Assembly: GCA_016930635.1 (NCBI GenBank)
Contig: JAFGGI010000042.1
Location: 2,901-66,900 of the forward strand
Source: Sedimentisphaerales bacterium
GTDB lineage: Bacteria > Planctomycetota > Phycisphaerae > Sedimentisphaerales > UBA12454
DNA length: 64,000 nucleotides
Reading direction: 5' to 3'
Below, in pieces: positions 9,973 to 18,758 of this stretch. The notes beneath the pieces were generated by a model that ran no database searches, was not told the origin of the DNA, and saw only the letters and a list, made by a program, of their open reading frames with translations. The translations under genes and the position numbers were made by a program. Position 1 is the stretch's first letter. Each line of letters starts with the position of its first letter.

Positions 9973-10857
9973 TCAGCCTAAAACCTCGTTGCACAGATTT
10001 GCGATTGAAACATAATCTGCCGAACTCAATTCTTCAGGCCTGTGATGAGGCTCGACAAATGCCCTCGAAAAAATATCCTCCCAGTTATGAACATTTGCCA
10101 GGCTGTCCTCTGTATATTTCACACAAGCCTTCATCATCTTTCTGCGATGCCCCATAAACAAATGCACCACCTCCCGAAACAGATTGATATTATGGATCTG
10201 TGATATTTTCTTTGAATCCCTGTCGAAGCGAACCATCGCCGAATCCACCTGGGGCTGAGGCCAGAACACCTTCGGCGAAAGTTTCCGCAGCACCCTGCTG
10301 TGGCCCGTCGCCGCCAGAAAAATGCTCAGCACCCCGTAATCCTCACTGCCCGCCTCGGCAACCATCCGCATCGCAACTTCCTTCTGCACCGTAACAATCA
10401 TCTCATCTGCAACAACATCCCCGGTCAAAAGATTAAGCATCACGCTTGATGCCGTACCGTAAGGAAGATTCGCCACCAGCAAAACGCGACCGAAAACCTC
10501 CTGCTGTGCCTCTTTTAGTTTCGCGATCACATCGGGATTTATCGAATTTTTATTTGCAAGAATATCTGCGTTTATTATCTCAAAATTACCCGCATTGCGG
10601 ATATGCTGTTCGGTTAGCTCAGCAAGAACACTGTCATATTCAACCGCTATCACCTTTCCCGCCCTTTTGACAAGCTCGCCGGTCAGTGAACCTGTACCCG
10701 AACCAACCTCAAGGACTATATCACTGTCGGTAACATTCGCATTCGAAAGCAGAAGCTCCATAAGGTTCAGATCGATAAGAAAATGCTGCCCGAGCCGCTT
10801 GTTAGGCTCAACCCCTGCACTCGACAACAATCGCTGTATCTCCGTTTTCGTCTGCAT
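9973..10857 (-). CDS. rsmA: 16S rRNA (adenine1518/1519-N6)-dimethyltransferase
   Basis: 294 aa with LGQHFLID and the SAM-binding VLEVGSGTGSLT motif. It lies downstream of pdxA, the classical pdxA-ksgA arrangement. Confidence 0.9.
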   Translation of the reverse strand: MQTKTEIQRLLSSAGVEPNKRLGQHFLIDLNLMELLLSNANVTDSDIVLEVGSGTGSLTGELVKRAGKVIAVEYDSVLAELTEQHIRNAGNFEIINADILANKNSINPDVIAKLKEAQQEVFGRVLLVANLPYGTASSVMLNLLTGDVVADEMIVTVQKEVAMRMVAEAGSEDYGVLSIFLAATGHSRVLRKLSPKVFWPQPQVDSAMVRFDRDSKKISQIHNINLFREVVHLFMGHRRKMMKACVKYTEDSLANVHNWEDIFSRAFVEPHHRPEELSSADYVSIANLCNEVLG

Positions 10858-10870
10858 ATTATCCTAACAT

Positions 10871-11965
10871 TTATTTTCTCACTTCCGTCTTCCCTGTCCG
10901 CCATAGTTTCGACGACGGCGGATGTGTCCTGTGTTCGGCATTCTGTCTTCTGGTTCTTGCCATTTCTATCGCAAGCCTTATCGCCGCCTTCATACTTGAC
11001 TCATCTGCAACACCTTTACCCGCAATTTCAAATGCCGTCCCATGTGCCGGCGAAGTACGGATTATCGGCAAACCTATCGTAATATTCACCGCATCTTTAA
11101 ACGCCAATAGCTTCACAGGTATCATCCCCTGGTCGTGATACATCGCAACAACGCCATCGAACTCGCCCCGGCTGGCACGCAGAAAAAGTGTATCCGCAGG
11201 ATAAGGCCCCGAACAGTTAATACCCATCTCCTGCGCAATCAATATCGCAGGTGATATTATCCGAGGTTCTTCATCGCCGAACTGCCCATCCTCTCCCGCA
11301 TGCGGATTCAGCGCCGCCACCGCTATATGAGGATTCTTTATACCAAAAAACTCCTGCAGAGCATCATTAAGCAGATCTATCGGCTCATAAACACAGCCGA
11401 TTGTAAATTTATTCCGAAGCTCAAACAGCGCTTCATGGATCGTCGCAAGCGCAATCTTCAAAGGCCCTGCCGCAAACATCATCACCTTTCGAGGCGATTT
11501 GCACATCTCAGCTAAAAGCTCCGTATGCCCGGGCCACTGGGCACCTGCCTGATTCCAGCTCACTTTGCTTATCGGCGCAGTAACTACCGCATCAAGTATA
11601 CCTGCCTTGGCCGCTTCTATCGCATCAACACAAAATCTCAAAGATGACTCCCCGCCTGACTTGCTCGGCCCGTGCTTCCATATCGGAACCGAATAATCAT
11701 CATAGTCAGCAACAACAACATTGCGAGGATAGTCCCTGCTCAACTTTTCATGCTGGCACCGCCCCCAATACGGATCTATCTCCGTCCAGTCAGAGGCATA
11801 TTCAAGAAACTCGTCCATCCCGAAGATAATAAACTTTGCACCACGCCTGAGCATAGGGTCACTAAGAGCCTTGATAATTATCTCAGGCCCGATTCCTAAA
11901 GGATCGCCCATCGTTATGCCTATAACTATCGGTGATTCAAAATTATTTTTGTTATTGTTAATCAT
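10871..11965 (-). CDS. pdxA: 4-hydroxythreonine-4-phosphate dehydrogenase
   Basis: 364 aa with ITMGDPLGIGPEI, GHTELLA and LNPHAGE motifs. It carries a ~30-aa basic C-terminal tail not typical of PdxA. Confidence 0.85.
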   Translation of the reverse strand: MINNNKNNFESPIVIGITMGDPLGIGPEIIIKALSDPMLRRGAKFIIFGMDEFLEYASDWTEIDPYWGRCQHEKLSRDYPRNVVVADYDDYSVPIWKHGPSKSGGESSLRFCVDAIEAAKAGILDAVVTAPISKVSWNQAGAQWPGHTELLAEMCKSPRKVMMFAAGPLKIALATIHEALFELRNKFTIGCVYEPIDLLNDALQEFFGIKNPHIAVAALNPHAGEDGQFGDEEPRIISPAILIAQEMGINCSGPYPADTLFLRASRGEFDGVVAMYHDQGMIPVKLLAFKDAVNITIGLPIIRTSPAHGTAFEIAGKGVADESSMKAAIRLAIEMARTRRQNAEHRTHPPSSKLWRTGKTEVRK

Positions 11966-12001
11966 ATATCGGTTAGCCCTGCCATCACTATGGCAGGGTT
12001 C

Positions 12002-12637
12002 TTAAAATCCAATCTCTTTCAACTTCTCAACTGTTAGCCCCTGTTCAGAACCAGCCATCCTTTCAAGCTGCCTCTTTACTATTCGGCAGATCATGTCCGT
12101 CTCTATATTAACCGTGTCACCAACCTTATAATTTTTGAAAATAGTATTCTCAAACGTTGCCGGAATGATCGCTACTCCAAAATCACCTTTTCCAATATCT
12201 GTAATAGTCAGGCTGACACCATCTATTGCGATAGAACCTTTTGGTATCAAAAGTCCCTGGATATCCTGTGGTGCCGTAAAAACAAACCGCCAAAAATCAC
12301 CTTGTTTTTCGATCTTTTTCACCTTGCCCGCCGCATCAATATGCCCCTGGACAAAATGCCCGCCGAATCGGCTATCCGCCTGCATCGCCCTTTCAATGTT
12401 CACCTGATCACCAGACCTTAACGTCCCCAAAGTCGTTACAGACAGACTCTCACCACTGACTTCAAATTCCGCCAACTTACCCTTACTGCCCCCGGTAACT
12501 GTCAAACAAACGCCATTAACCGAGATACTTTCGCCATATTTCACATCTGTACCGACAGTTACAACAAGCTTAAGCCCGCCTGACCGCCTGACTGAAGAAC
12601 TTACTGTACAAACAGATTCAATTAGCCCCGTAAACAT
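12002..12637 (-). CDS. ribE: riboflavin synthase alpha chain
   Basis: 211 aa with an MFTGLIE start and duplicated lumazine-binding repeats (SISVNGVCLTV / SIAIDGVSLTI). Confidence 0.9.
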   Translation of the reverse strand: MFTGLIESVCTVSSSVRRSGGLKLVVTVGTDVKYGESISVNGVCLTVTGGSKGKLAEFEVSGESLSVTTLGTLRSGDQVNIERAMQADSRFGGHFVQGHIDAAGKVKKIEKQGDFWRFVFTAPQDIQGLLIPKGSIAIDGVSLTITDIGKGDFGVAIIPATFENTIFKNYKVGDTVNIETDMICRIVKRQLERMAGSEQGLTVEKLKEIGF

Positions 12638-12788
12638 AACTACCTCAATAGATTACAGACATTATGGGTTGCCAAAGCACATTGTCAAATACCCTGCAGA
12701 TGTAAACTTTTTTGACTTTTCAGCAACAAAATTAATGGTATTATAGTATTATATTATAATGTAAATTTTTAAAAAAACCGGATAAATT

Positions 12789-14369
12789 ATGAGAGAATAT
12801 AGAAATATGTCAAGAATCGTTCTTTTAACCGCTTTAACTGTCATTTTCGCAGCTCAGCTCTCAGCGCAGCCGCCATACGGAAACAGCTCAAAAAAGAGGC
12901 TCTCCAGAGAAGAAAGAAGGCAGGCACTTGAGCAGGAGTCGCATAATGCAATAGAAGAAATTACTGATGGATACAGAGAATTAGTTGATCTCATCAACTC
13001 CGGCCAAATACCCTCCGAGCAGGAACTTAAACAGGCTTACAGAACTACTGTCAAAAACAAAAAATATCTGCCCGTACTTGACGACCCGGAGAAAATTATG
13101 TATCACACCCTCGCTGCATGGGTATATCATTTTGACCAAAAGTACGATAAGGCTTTAAAGCAAATCGATGCCGCCTCTAATATAGCCGCACAGGATCCGG
13201 ATGTCTTAAAAACATATTTTGCCCTCTCTGTCATTTATGCCGATTACGAATCCGCGATCGGAGCATTAATAAAAAATGATACCAGCAACCCTGAACAGGA
13301 AGAGTCAGAAGAATCAGAAGAATCGCAGGAACCTGATAAAACTATGGAAACAGAATATATTGAGCTCGATGTAAATTCCGTCCAGATTAAATTGCTCGGA
13401 AAAACATTCGATTTCAAACCTGACCCCGCCGACTCCTGGCAGCACCAGCGGGAAAATAAATCAGCTTGTATTCTTTTGTGGAGTTTCGACCCCGATGAAC
13501 TCGATAAATTTGAAATAATAGAACCTAATGAGCCTAACAAGCCTGATGACCCCAATGACCCTAATATGCCGAAAACTCCTAAGCCTGAACCTGCGTCAAA
13601 TAGCAAAAAATGGAAAATAAAAGGCGCACCGGAAATCGAAGATTTTTCAAATTTGCAAAATCAGTTCGAAAAAGACCAGGAAATCTGCTTTGCAGGCTTT
13701 AATTTAAATAGCCCCGATAAGAAAAAAAATATCAAAAACTGGCTGCGTAAAAATCCCCAAAGCTGGCAGCTATATTCTTTTTCTGATGAACAAAAGCAGA
13801 AAATGTTCTCATACTATGAAACTGATTTCAATAAACCAACATTACTGATTCTGACACCGGACAATACTATCAGATACGCCGGCCGGTTCGAAGGATTTCT
13901 GCCCGGAATGATTCTGAACAATATCCTCAAAAATTCATCTGAAACAGGATTTGCAGATACTGATACTTCACCTGCTGAACCAAAAGATACTGATATTCAT
14001 GAATCTGCCGAATCCGCTGCCGCGAAGACAGAAGAACAGCCGCAAATAGAAATTGTAAAAGAACAACCCCCAAAACCGGCTGAAACAGAAAAAAAACAAC
14101 CCAAAAAACCTGTTGAAGCAAGTAATCAGATGGACGAAGATTTCTTCGAACCACAGGCCGAAACACTGCTTGAAAGCGCCAGAACTTTCTTCAAAATCAG
14201 CAAAAAACTTCCGCATACTTCATATCAAAAACCTGTCGATATGTGCAGACGTGTAATAAAAGATTATCCAAATACAAAATACGTACAGCAGGCACAGATA
14301 CTCATGCGACAGGTCCCGCCGCAATATCGAAAAATGTATAATATCACTGATGAAGAATTAGGATTATAA
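12789..14369 (+). CDS. secreted hypothetical protein with acidic/Pro-rich low-complexity linkers
   Basis: 526 aa with a signal-like N terminus (alternative ATG at 12804). It contains EESEESEESQEPD and PNEPNKPDDPNDPNMPKTPKP linkers. The central part may be a thioredoxin-fold segment, but no CxxC is seen. Confidence 0.5.
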   Translation: MREYRNMSRIVLLTALTVIFAAQLSAQPPYGNSSKKRLSREERRQALEQESHNAIEEITDGYRELVDLINSGQIPSEQELKQAYRTTVKNKKYLPVLDDPEKIMYHTLAAWVYHFDQKYDKALKQIDAASNIAAQDPDVLKTYFALSVIYADYESAIGALIKNDTSNPEQEESEESEESQEPDKTMETEYIELDVNSVQIKLLGKTFDFKPDPADSWQHQRENKSACILLWSFDPDELDKFEIIEPNEPNKPDDPNDPNMPKTPKPEPASNSKKWKIKGAPEIEDFSNLQNQFEKDQEICFAGFNLNSPDKKKNIKNWLRKNPQSWQLYSFSDEQKQKMFSYYETDFNKPTLLILTPDNTIRYAGRFEGFLPGMILNNILKNSSETGFADTDTSPAEPKDTDIHESAESAAAKTEEQPQIEIVKEQPPKPAETEKKQPKKPVEASNQMDEDFFEPQAETLLESARTFFKISKKLPHTSYQKPVDMCRRVIKDYPNTKYVQQAQILMRQVPPQYRKMYNITDEELGL

Positions 14370-14395
14370 ACCAACTTTTACATGGAGGTAGGCAA

Positions 14396-15268
14396 ATGAG
14401 CAACATACCTGTAATTCATATAGAAGCAGACTGTTTGCCCCAGGCTTGGGAAGCCGCCGTCCTGGCAGTCTGGGACAATGGAACCAAAATAAAAACCCAG
14501 TATGACAAACCAGGCGACCCGCCCAGCAGGGACGCTACCACTATAATTACTGTAAACAACCCCTTTGCCGAGCCCAGAATACACAAAAATTTCCCCGGAG
14601 GCCCCGAAGAACTCGAGGCATATCGTCAGGAAGTCGTGGACGGAATACACGACCACTGGATAGACCCTGCCGCCGGAAAGTGGACTTATACATATCATGA
14701 AAGATTGTTTGCGTATTGCCCCGTTGAAAATATCAGAAACCCTCAATCACCAAAACCTTTCGCCGCTGTCGACCAAATACAATATATTATCGACTCTCTG
14801 GCACAAACCGCATACACAAGACGAGCACAGGCTATCACATGGATGCCGACCGCTGATATTACAACCGAAGACCCTCCCTGCCTGCAGCGGATATGGTGCA
14901 GACTCACCCAAAATCCTGACAACAGCTTCACTCTGAATATGAACACACACTGGCGAAGCAGAGACCTCTACAAAGCCTGGTTTATGAACGTTTACGCCTT
15001 AACGGATCTCCAGAAAACTATCGCCGAAAAAATCTCTATAAAAATCGGCAAAATCGTCAAGGTCGGCAGATATGTTGACATAACAGATGCTATGCACATC
15101 TATGGCAGTTATTTCAGGGATGCCCAGCCGGAAATCGAAAAAATGAGGGACAAAAATTACAAAAAACGTTCCTGGCAGTCCTCCCATCCCGCTTTTGATA
15201 TGATGACCATAGAGGCAAGAAAAAAACTCGCCGAAGATGTTGACTGGTACGCAAACGCAAGAGGCTGA
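14396..15268 (+). CDS. thymidylate synthase (ThyA) family protein, divergent/archaeal-like
   Basis: 290 aa. RRAQAITWMP, DPPCLQ (catalytic Cys context), HWRSRDLYKAWFMNVYAL and DAMHIYGSY align by eye with E. coli ThyA [36 protein letters not shown] and GDTHLYSNH. Confidence 0.65.
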   Translation: MSNIPVIHIEADCLPQAWEAAVLAVWDNGTKIKTQYDKPGDPPSRDATTIITVNNPFAEPRIHKNFPGGPEELEAYRQEVVDGIHDHWIDPAAGKWTYTYHERLFAYCPVENIRNPQSPKPFAAVDQIQYIIDSLAQTAYTRRAQAITWMPTADITTEDPPCLQRIWCRLTQNPDNSFTLNMNTHWRSRDLYKAWFMNVYALTDLQKTIAEKISIKIGKIVKVGRYVDITDAMHIYGSYFRDAQPEIEKMRDKNYKKRSWQSSHPAFDMMTIEARKKLAEDVDWYANARG

Positions 15269-15433
15269 AATACCCCCTGTTAAAAAACCTGCATAGTTCC
15301 TATTATAGGTCTTTACTCAGTTTCCGTCCTATAACAGCACGGATTTTGTCTAATTTTCGCCTGATTTGCAATTTATAAATCCATTTCTTATATTTTCAAT
15401 ACCACACGACATAATTTGTATTAGGGATTAATC

Positions 15434-16546
15434 ATGAAAGAGAGAAGATTTGGAAAAATAAAATTTATGAAATCCAACATGCTCATTGTCTCGCTATCCC
15501 TGGTTATACTGACAAACAGCACCTCTGCAATAACATTTTACTGGGACGCAAACGCTGTAGGCGATTGGGATGATGAAGATGGTATGCATTGGGTGGATGA
15601 GTTAGGCCAATCCGTTACAAAACCAGACGGTATGTATGAAGTTAAGATAAAGCACGCCGGCTCAATTGTCACATTAGATACCGCAGAGGGCAACTGGAAT
15701 TACACCGGCAACGGCACAAGATTGAGAGTTTATCAGGGTGCAACAATGAACATCGTTGACGGTGCAGATCTCAAAGGCTTCGGCTGGATACGAATCGGCG
15801 AACAGACCGGTACCCCCGGCCAGGTCGGTTTCCTAAACCAGTCCGGAGGAAGAGTCCTCCTTAGAAATATGAAAGAAGGAGGCAAACTCGGTATCGGGGA
15901 CGGATACGGCATAGCTCCAGGCTCTACATACACAATGACCGGAGGAATTCTCACATATGACGTTAACGACCACGCATGTGATGGCCAACTGATCTTGGGC
16001 TCACGTGACGGAAACGGAAAATTCGTCGTCGTAGGCGATGACCCCGTAATTCATATGAAAAATTTATACATAGCAGGAGATAACTCAGGCGGTACACCAT
16101 ACAACTACGGCACCGGAACCCTCGAATTTATCATCGGCGAAACCGGCGTAAGCCATATCGAACTCAATGGAACTGCCTACATCGACCAGGGAACAGACAC
16201 AATCGCAAACCTCATTGTTACTTTAATGGCAACTCCCCAAATAGGAGAGGATATCCTGCTAATTGACGCCGCTAACACCATCGTTGGAACTTTTGACTCG
16301 ATTAATGACAGCTCCGCCGAAGAAGGTGCCTCTGTAGTCCTCAATTACGGCGACGCTCAGTATCTCTACGCTATGACTTATACCGGAGGAGATGATAATA
16401 AAGACGTTGTACTCCGATGGATACCCGAACCCGCCGCTTTCATCTTATTTGCCCTCGGAGGCCTTCTATCTATCAAAAAAGGCAAAAAGCCTGAATATAT
16501 AGCAAAAGTGTGCGAAAATAATAGTATCCGTAATACAGAAAGGTAG
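15434..16546 (+). CDS. PEP-CTERM sorting-domain secreted protein
   Basis: 370 aa with a signal peptide and a C-terminal IPEPAAFILFALGGLLSIKKGKK (PEP motif, TM helix, basic tail). It is a paralogue of the next gene. Confidence 0.75.
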   Translation: MKERRFGKIKFMKSNMLIVSLSLVILTNSTSAITFYWDANAVGDWDDEDGMHWVDELGQSVTKPDGMYEVKIKHAGSIVTLDTAEGNWNYTGNGTRLRVYQGATMNIVDGADLKGFGWIRIGEQTGTPGQVGFLNQSGGRVLLRNMKEGGKLGIGDGYGIAPGSTYTMTGGILTYDVNDHACDGQLILGSRDGNGKFVVVGDDPVIHMKNLYIAGDNSGGTPYNYGTGTLEFIIGETGVSHIELNGTAYIDQGTDTIANLIVTLMATPQIGEDILLIDAANTIVGTFDSINDSSAEEGASVVLNYGDAQYLYAMTYTGGDDNKDVVLRWIPEPAAFILFALGGLLSIKKGKKPEYIAKVCENNSIRNTER

Positions 16547-16547
16547 A

Positions 16548-17576
16548 GTGGGAATGAAATTAAACGTATCTGTTGTGTTATTCGTAATCACTTCCATAAC
16601 TTTAAACGCCTCAGCATCGATTTTCTTCACCGGCCAAACCGGCTCATGGTCCGACCCGAATATGTGGGACAAAGGCTTTCTTCCAGATGATACTGAAGCT
16701 GTAAAGATCGTCGCTCCCGCCTCACTATGTACAATAGACAGTGACATAGGCATTTACTCCATTGCAAAAATATCCGTAGCCAGCGGCCCGGATAGTACAG
16801 CCGCCGCTGTTCTTAATCTCGCCGAAGGAGGACGCATCGGTATAGCAAGCGAACTCAGGATCGGCGACGCCTCCGCCACCGCTAACGGTGATATCGGATA
16901 TTTCCTCCAGACAGGAGGCCGGCTCTATACTACAATAAACGGAAAGATCATCGTAGGATATAAAGAAAACGGCATAGGAAACTATACCATTAGCTCAGGT
17001 TCACTCACCGGCCAGGGAACCCTCTTCGTTGGAGGCTCAGGCGAAGACGGCGCCGAAGGAACCCTGACCGTCACAGGCAGAGACCCTCTTATTGCTATGA
17101 GAAAAATGTACGTCGGTGCCAAAAATTCACAAGGCCAGTATCCGGGAATCGGAACCCTTGCTTTTGAAGTAGGCTCCCAGGGCGTAAGCCCTATAAAAAT
17201 AGCAGAAAGCATCTATCTCGACCCCGACGGCAGCCAAAACGACGCCTCAGTGGCAAACCTTGTCGTAACACTGACCGAAAAACCAATAATGCAGGACATC
17301 GTACTCCTCGAAGATACCAGCGGCGGAAATATCTACGGCCGGTTCAGCTTCGTCAATGGCGAACAAGCTGCAGAAGGAGCCTCGGTCGTCCTGAACTATG
17401 AAAACGCCAACTACCATTATACCCTGACTTATGCATACGATGCCGAAGAAGACGGCAATGCCAATGATATCGCTCTTATCACAAAGGGGGTCACACTGAT
17501 ACCGGAACCAGCTACAATGATACTAATGGCAATTAGTAGCCTGTTAATCACCAGGAAAAAGCCTGCAAAAACATAA
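16548..17576 (+). CDS. PEP-CTERM sorting-domain secreted protein (tandem paralogue)
   Basis: 342 aa with a C-terminal IPEPATMILMAISSLLITRKK. It shares AEGASVVLNY and GTL.F..G..GVS.I blocks with the upstream gene. The start is GTG 16548 or ATG 16554. Confidence 0.75.
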   Translation: MGMKLNVSVVLFVITSITLNASASIFFTGQTGSWSDPNMWDKGFLPDDTEAVKIVAPASLCTIDSDIGIYSIAKISVASGPDSTAAAVLNLAEGGRIGIASELRIGDASATANGDIGYFLQTGGRLYTTINGKIIVGYKENGIGNYTISSGSLTGQGTLFVGGSGEDGAEGTLTVTGRDPLIAMRKMYVGAKNSQGQYPGIGTLAFEVGSQGVSPIKIAESIYLDPDGSQNDASVANLVVTLTEKPIMQDIVLLEDTSGGNIYGRFSFVNGEQAAEGASVVLNYENANYHYTLTYAYDAEEDGNANDIALITKGVTLIPEPATMILMAISSLLITRKKPAKT

Positions 17577-17689
17577 AAAATAAAAAAATACCCCCCCGAT
17601 TTGCCTCCGCACTGTTTATTTATTATATTTTAGTTATTAATGTCGAAAATCGCCAAAAACAAAAAATTGACTTCTTCTCTCCTTCTTTA

Positions 17690-17957
17690 ACTTGTGCTAC
17701 CTGCCTTGGGGGGACTAAACCAGGGCAGGCAAAAAAAACAGCTCGAAAGAGCTTTAGAGTATAGAAAAAAACGCTCCGCCAAAAGTAGCAACAGCTTGAC
17801 AAAAAAGTAAATAAAATGGAACGCATTAAAAACCGGCTCGTACCGGTCGTAACTGTAAAAGGGCGTTCCTCTTGATTGTCCTGTTTGGGGGGATATGTAT
17901 AGTAAGAGTAGGTCGGGTCTCTGTTCTATTAGGGGACACAGAGACCCTCTTTTTTTG
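17690..17957 (+). ncRNA. candidate structured small RNA of unknown family (5' end uncertain)
   Basis: Non-coding gap containing nested hairpins: CCTGCCTTGG...CCAGGGCAGG near 17700-17730, AGCTC-GAAA-GAGCT, and GGAACGC...GCGTTCC enclosing ACCGG..CCGGT at ~17817-17870. It ends in a strong intrinsic terminator. No ORF of 60 aa or more lies on this strand. Confidence 0.3.
17915..17957 (+). terminator. rho-independent terminator
   Basis: Perfect 10-bp stem GGGTCTCTGT (17915-17924) / ACAGAGACCC (17938-17947) with a 13-nt loop, followed by TCTTTTTTT. Confidence 0.8.
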
Positions 17958-18166
17958 CGCTCACTGCCTGACGTATCACCAAAACAACCTGCAAAAATAT
18001 CATACTGTGAGTTTATAATCACATCCGCCGTTAACTTCTTAAACAAAACCGTTTACAACAAATAAAAAAAATACCTAACAACTCCTCTATCTCCTCATAA
18101 AAGCTGGTTAAACTAACCAGACTATAACTTGTACGAAAGGACAATAAGATTTTTATATCTTTTTGG

Positions 18167-18194
18167 TTGACATACAATATATGACGCTTAGAAT
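18167..18194 (+). promoter_or_regulatory. sigma70-type promoter upstream of nrdR
   Basis: -35 TTGACA (18167-18172), 16-nt spacer, -10 TAGAAT (18189-18194). This is about 45 nt upstream of the GTG start of nrdR. Confidence 0.5.
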
Positions 18195-18238
18195 AACCTT
18201 AGTTCAAAATATTGTGCTGTTACTGGCAGAAAAGTACC

Positions 18239-18730
18239 GTGAAATGTCCATACTGCAAGGAAAACCGTGACAAGGTAATTGACTCACGCTCAAGCGAGGC
18301 CGGAAGAGTTATCCGAAGAAGACGTCAGTGCCTGGCTTGCAACAGAAGGTTCACTACTTATGAAAAAGCAGGAGAAAGTTTCAAGCTGAGCGTAATCAAA
18401 AAGGATAATTCACGTCTCCCCTATGACAGGGACAGGGTTATTGCCGGCCTGCAGAAAGCATGCTACAAAAGATCCGTTTCTGCCGAACAAATACAGCAAA
18501 TTGCGGACAAAGTTGAAGAAGACATCTTTAGACACTCGGATAAAGAAGTAACTTCAAAATTTATCGGCGAAAGCGCTATGAAGCAGCTCAGAGCAGTAGA
18601 CAAAGTCGCCTATATCCGCTTCGCCAGCGTATACCGGCAATTTACAGATGCCGGCGAGCTTATAAGTGAAGTAACTCAGGCTATTTTAGAGCCTGATGAT
18701 GTAGATCAGCCGAAGCTGTTTACAGACTAG
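18239..18730 (+). CDS. nrdR: transcriptional repressor NrdR (zinc ribbon plus ATP-cone)
   Basis: The sequence from the GTG at 18239 reads (M)KCPYCKENRDKVIDSRS...CLACNRRFTTYE, the canonical NrdR N terminus. The track ORF begins 27 nt earlier at a TTG (18212) that adds a non-conserved extension. Confidence 0.9.
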   Translation: MKCPYCKENRDKVIDSRSSEAGRVIRRRRQCLACNRRFTTYEKAGESFKLSVIKKDNSRLPYDRDRVIAGLQKACYKRSVSAEQIQQIADKVEEDIFRHSDKEVTSKFIGESAMKQLRAVDKVAYIRFASVYRQFTDAGELISEVTQAILEPDDVDQPKLFTD

Positions 18731-18758
18731 GGGATTCCGTTGTAAAAGGAGCTCAAGG

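Noticed and set aside
12638-12788. FMN (RFN) riboswitch upstream of ribE
   Set aside because: The minus-strand leader is AT-rich and lacks the conserved RFN core segments (for example GGGGCAGGGTGAAATTCCC or GGATGGGAGA-like blocks).
17600-18000. RNase P RNA, tmRNA, SRP RNA or 6S RNA in the candidate ncRNA regions (also 61318-61464)
   Set aside because: I could not find the diagnostic motifs: GAGGAAAGTCC for RNase P, a tRNA-like end with T-arm and ACCA for tmRNA, or the GGAAGCAGCC-type domain IV for SRP. 6S RNA cannot be excluded without covariance-model scanning.
17687-18046. 119-aa minus-strand ORF in the nrdR upstream gap
   Set aside because: It reads through the terminator hairpin and A/T runs, has low-complexity sequence and no RBS. 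The region is better explained as non-coding and structured.
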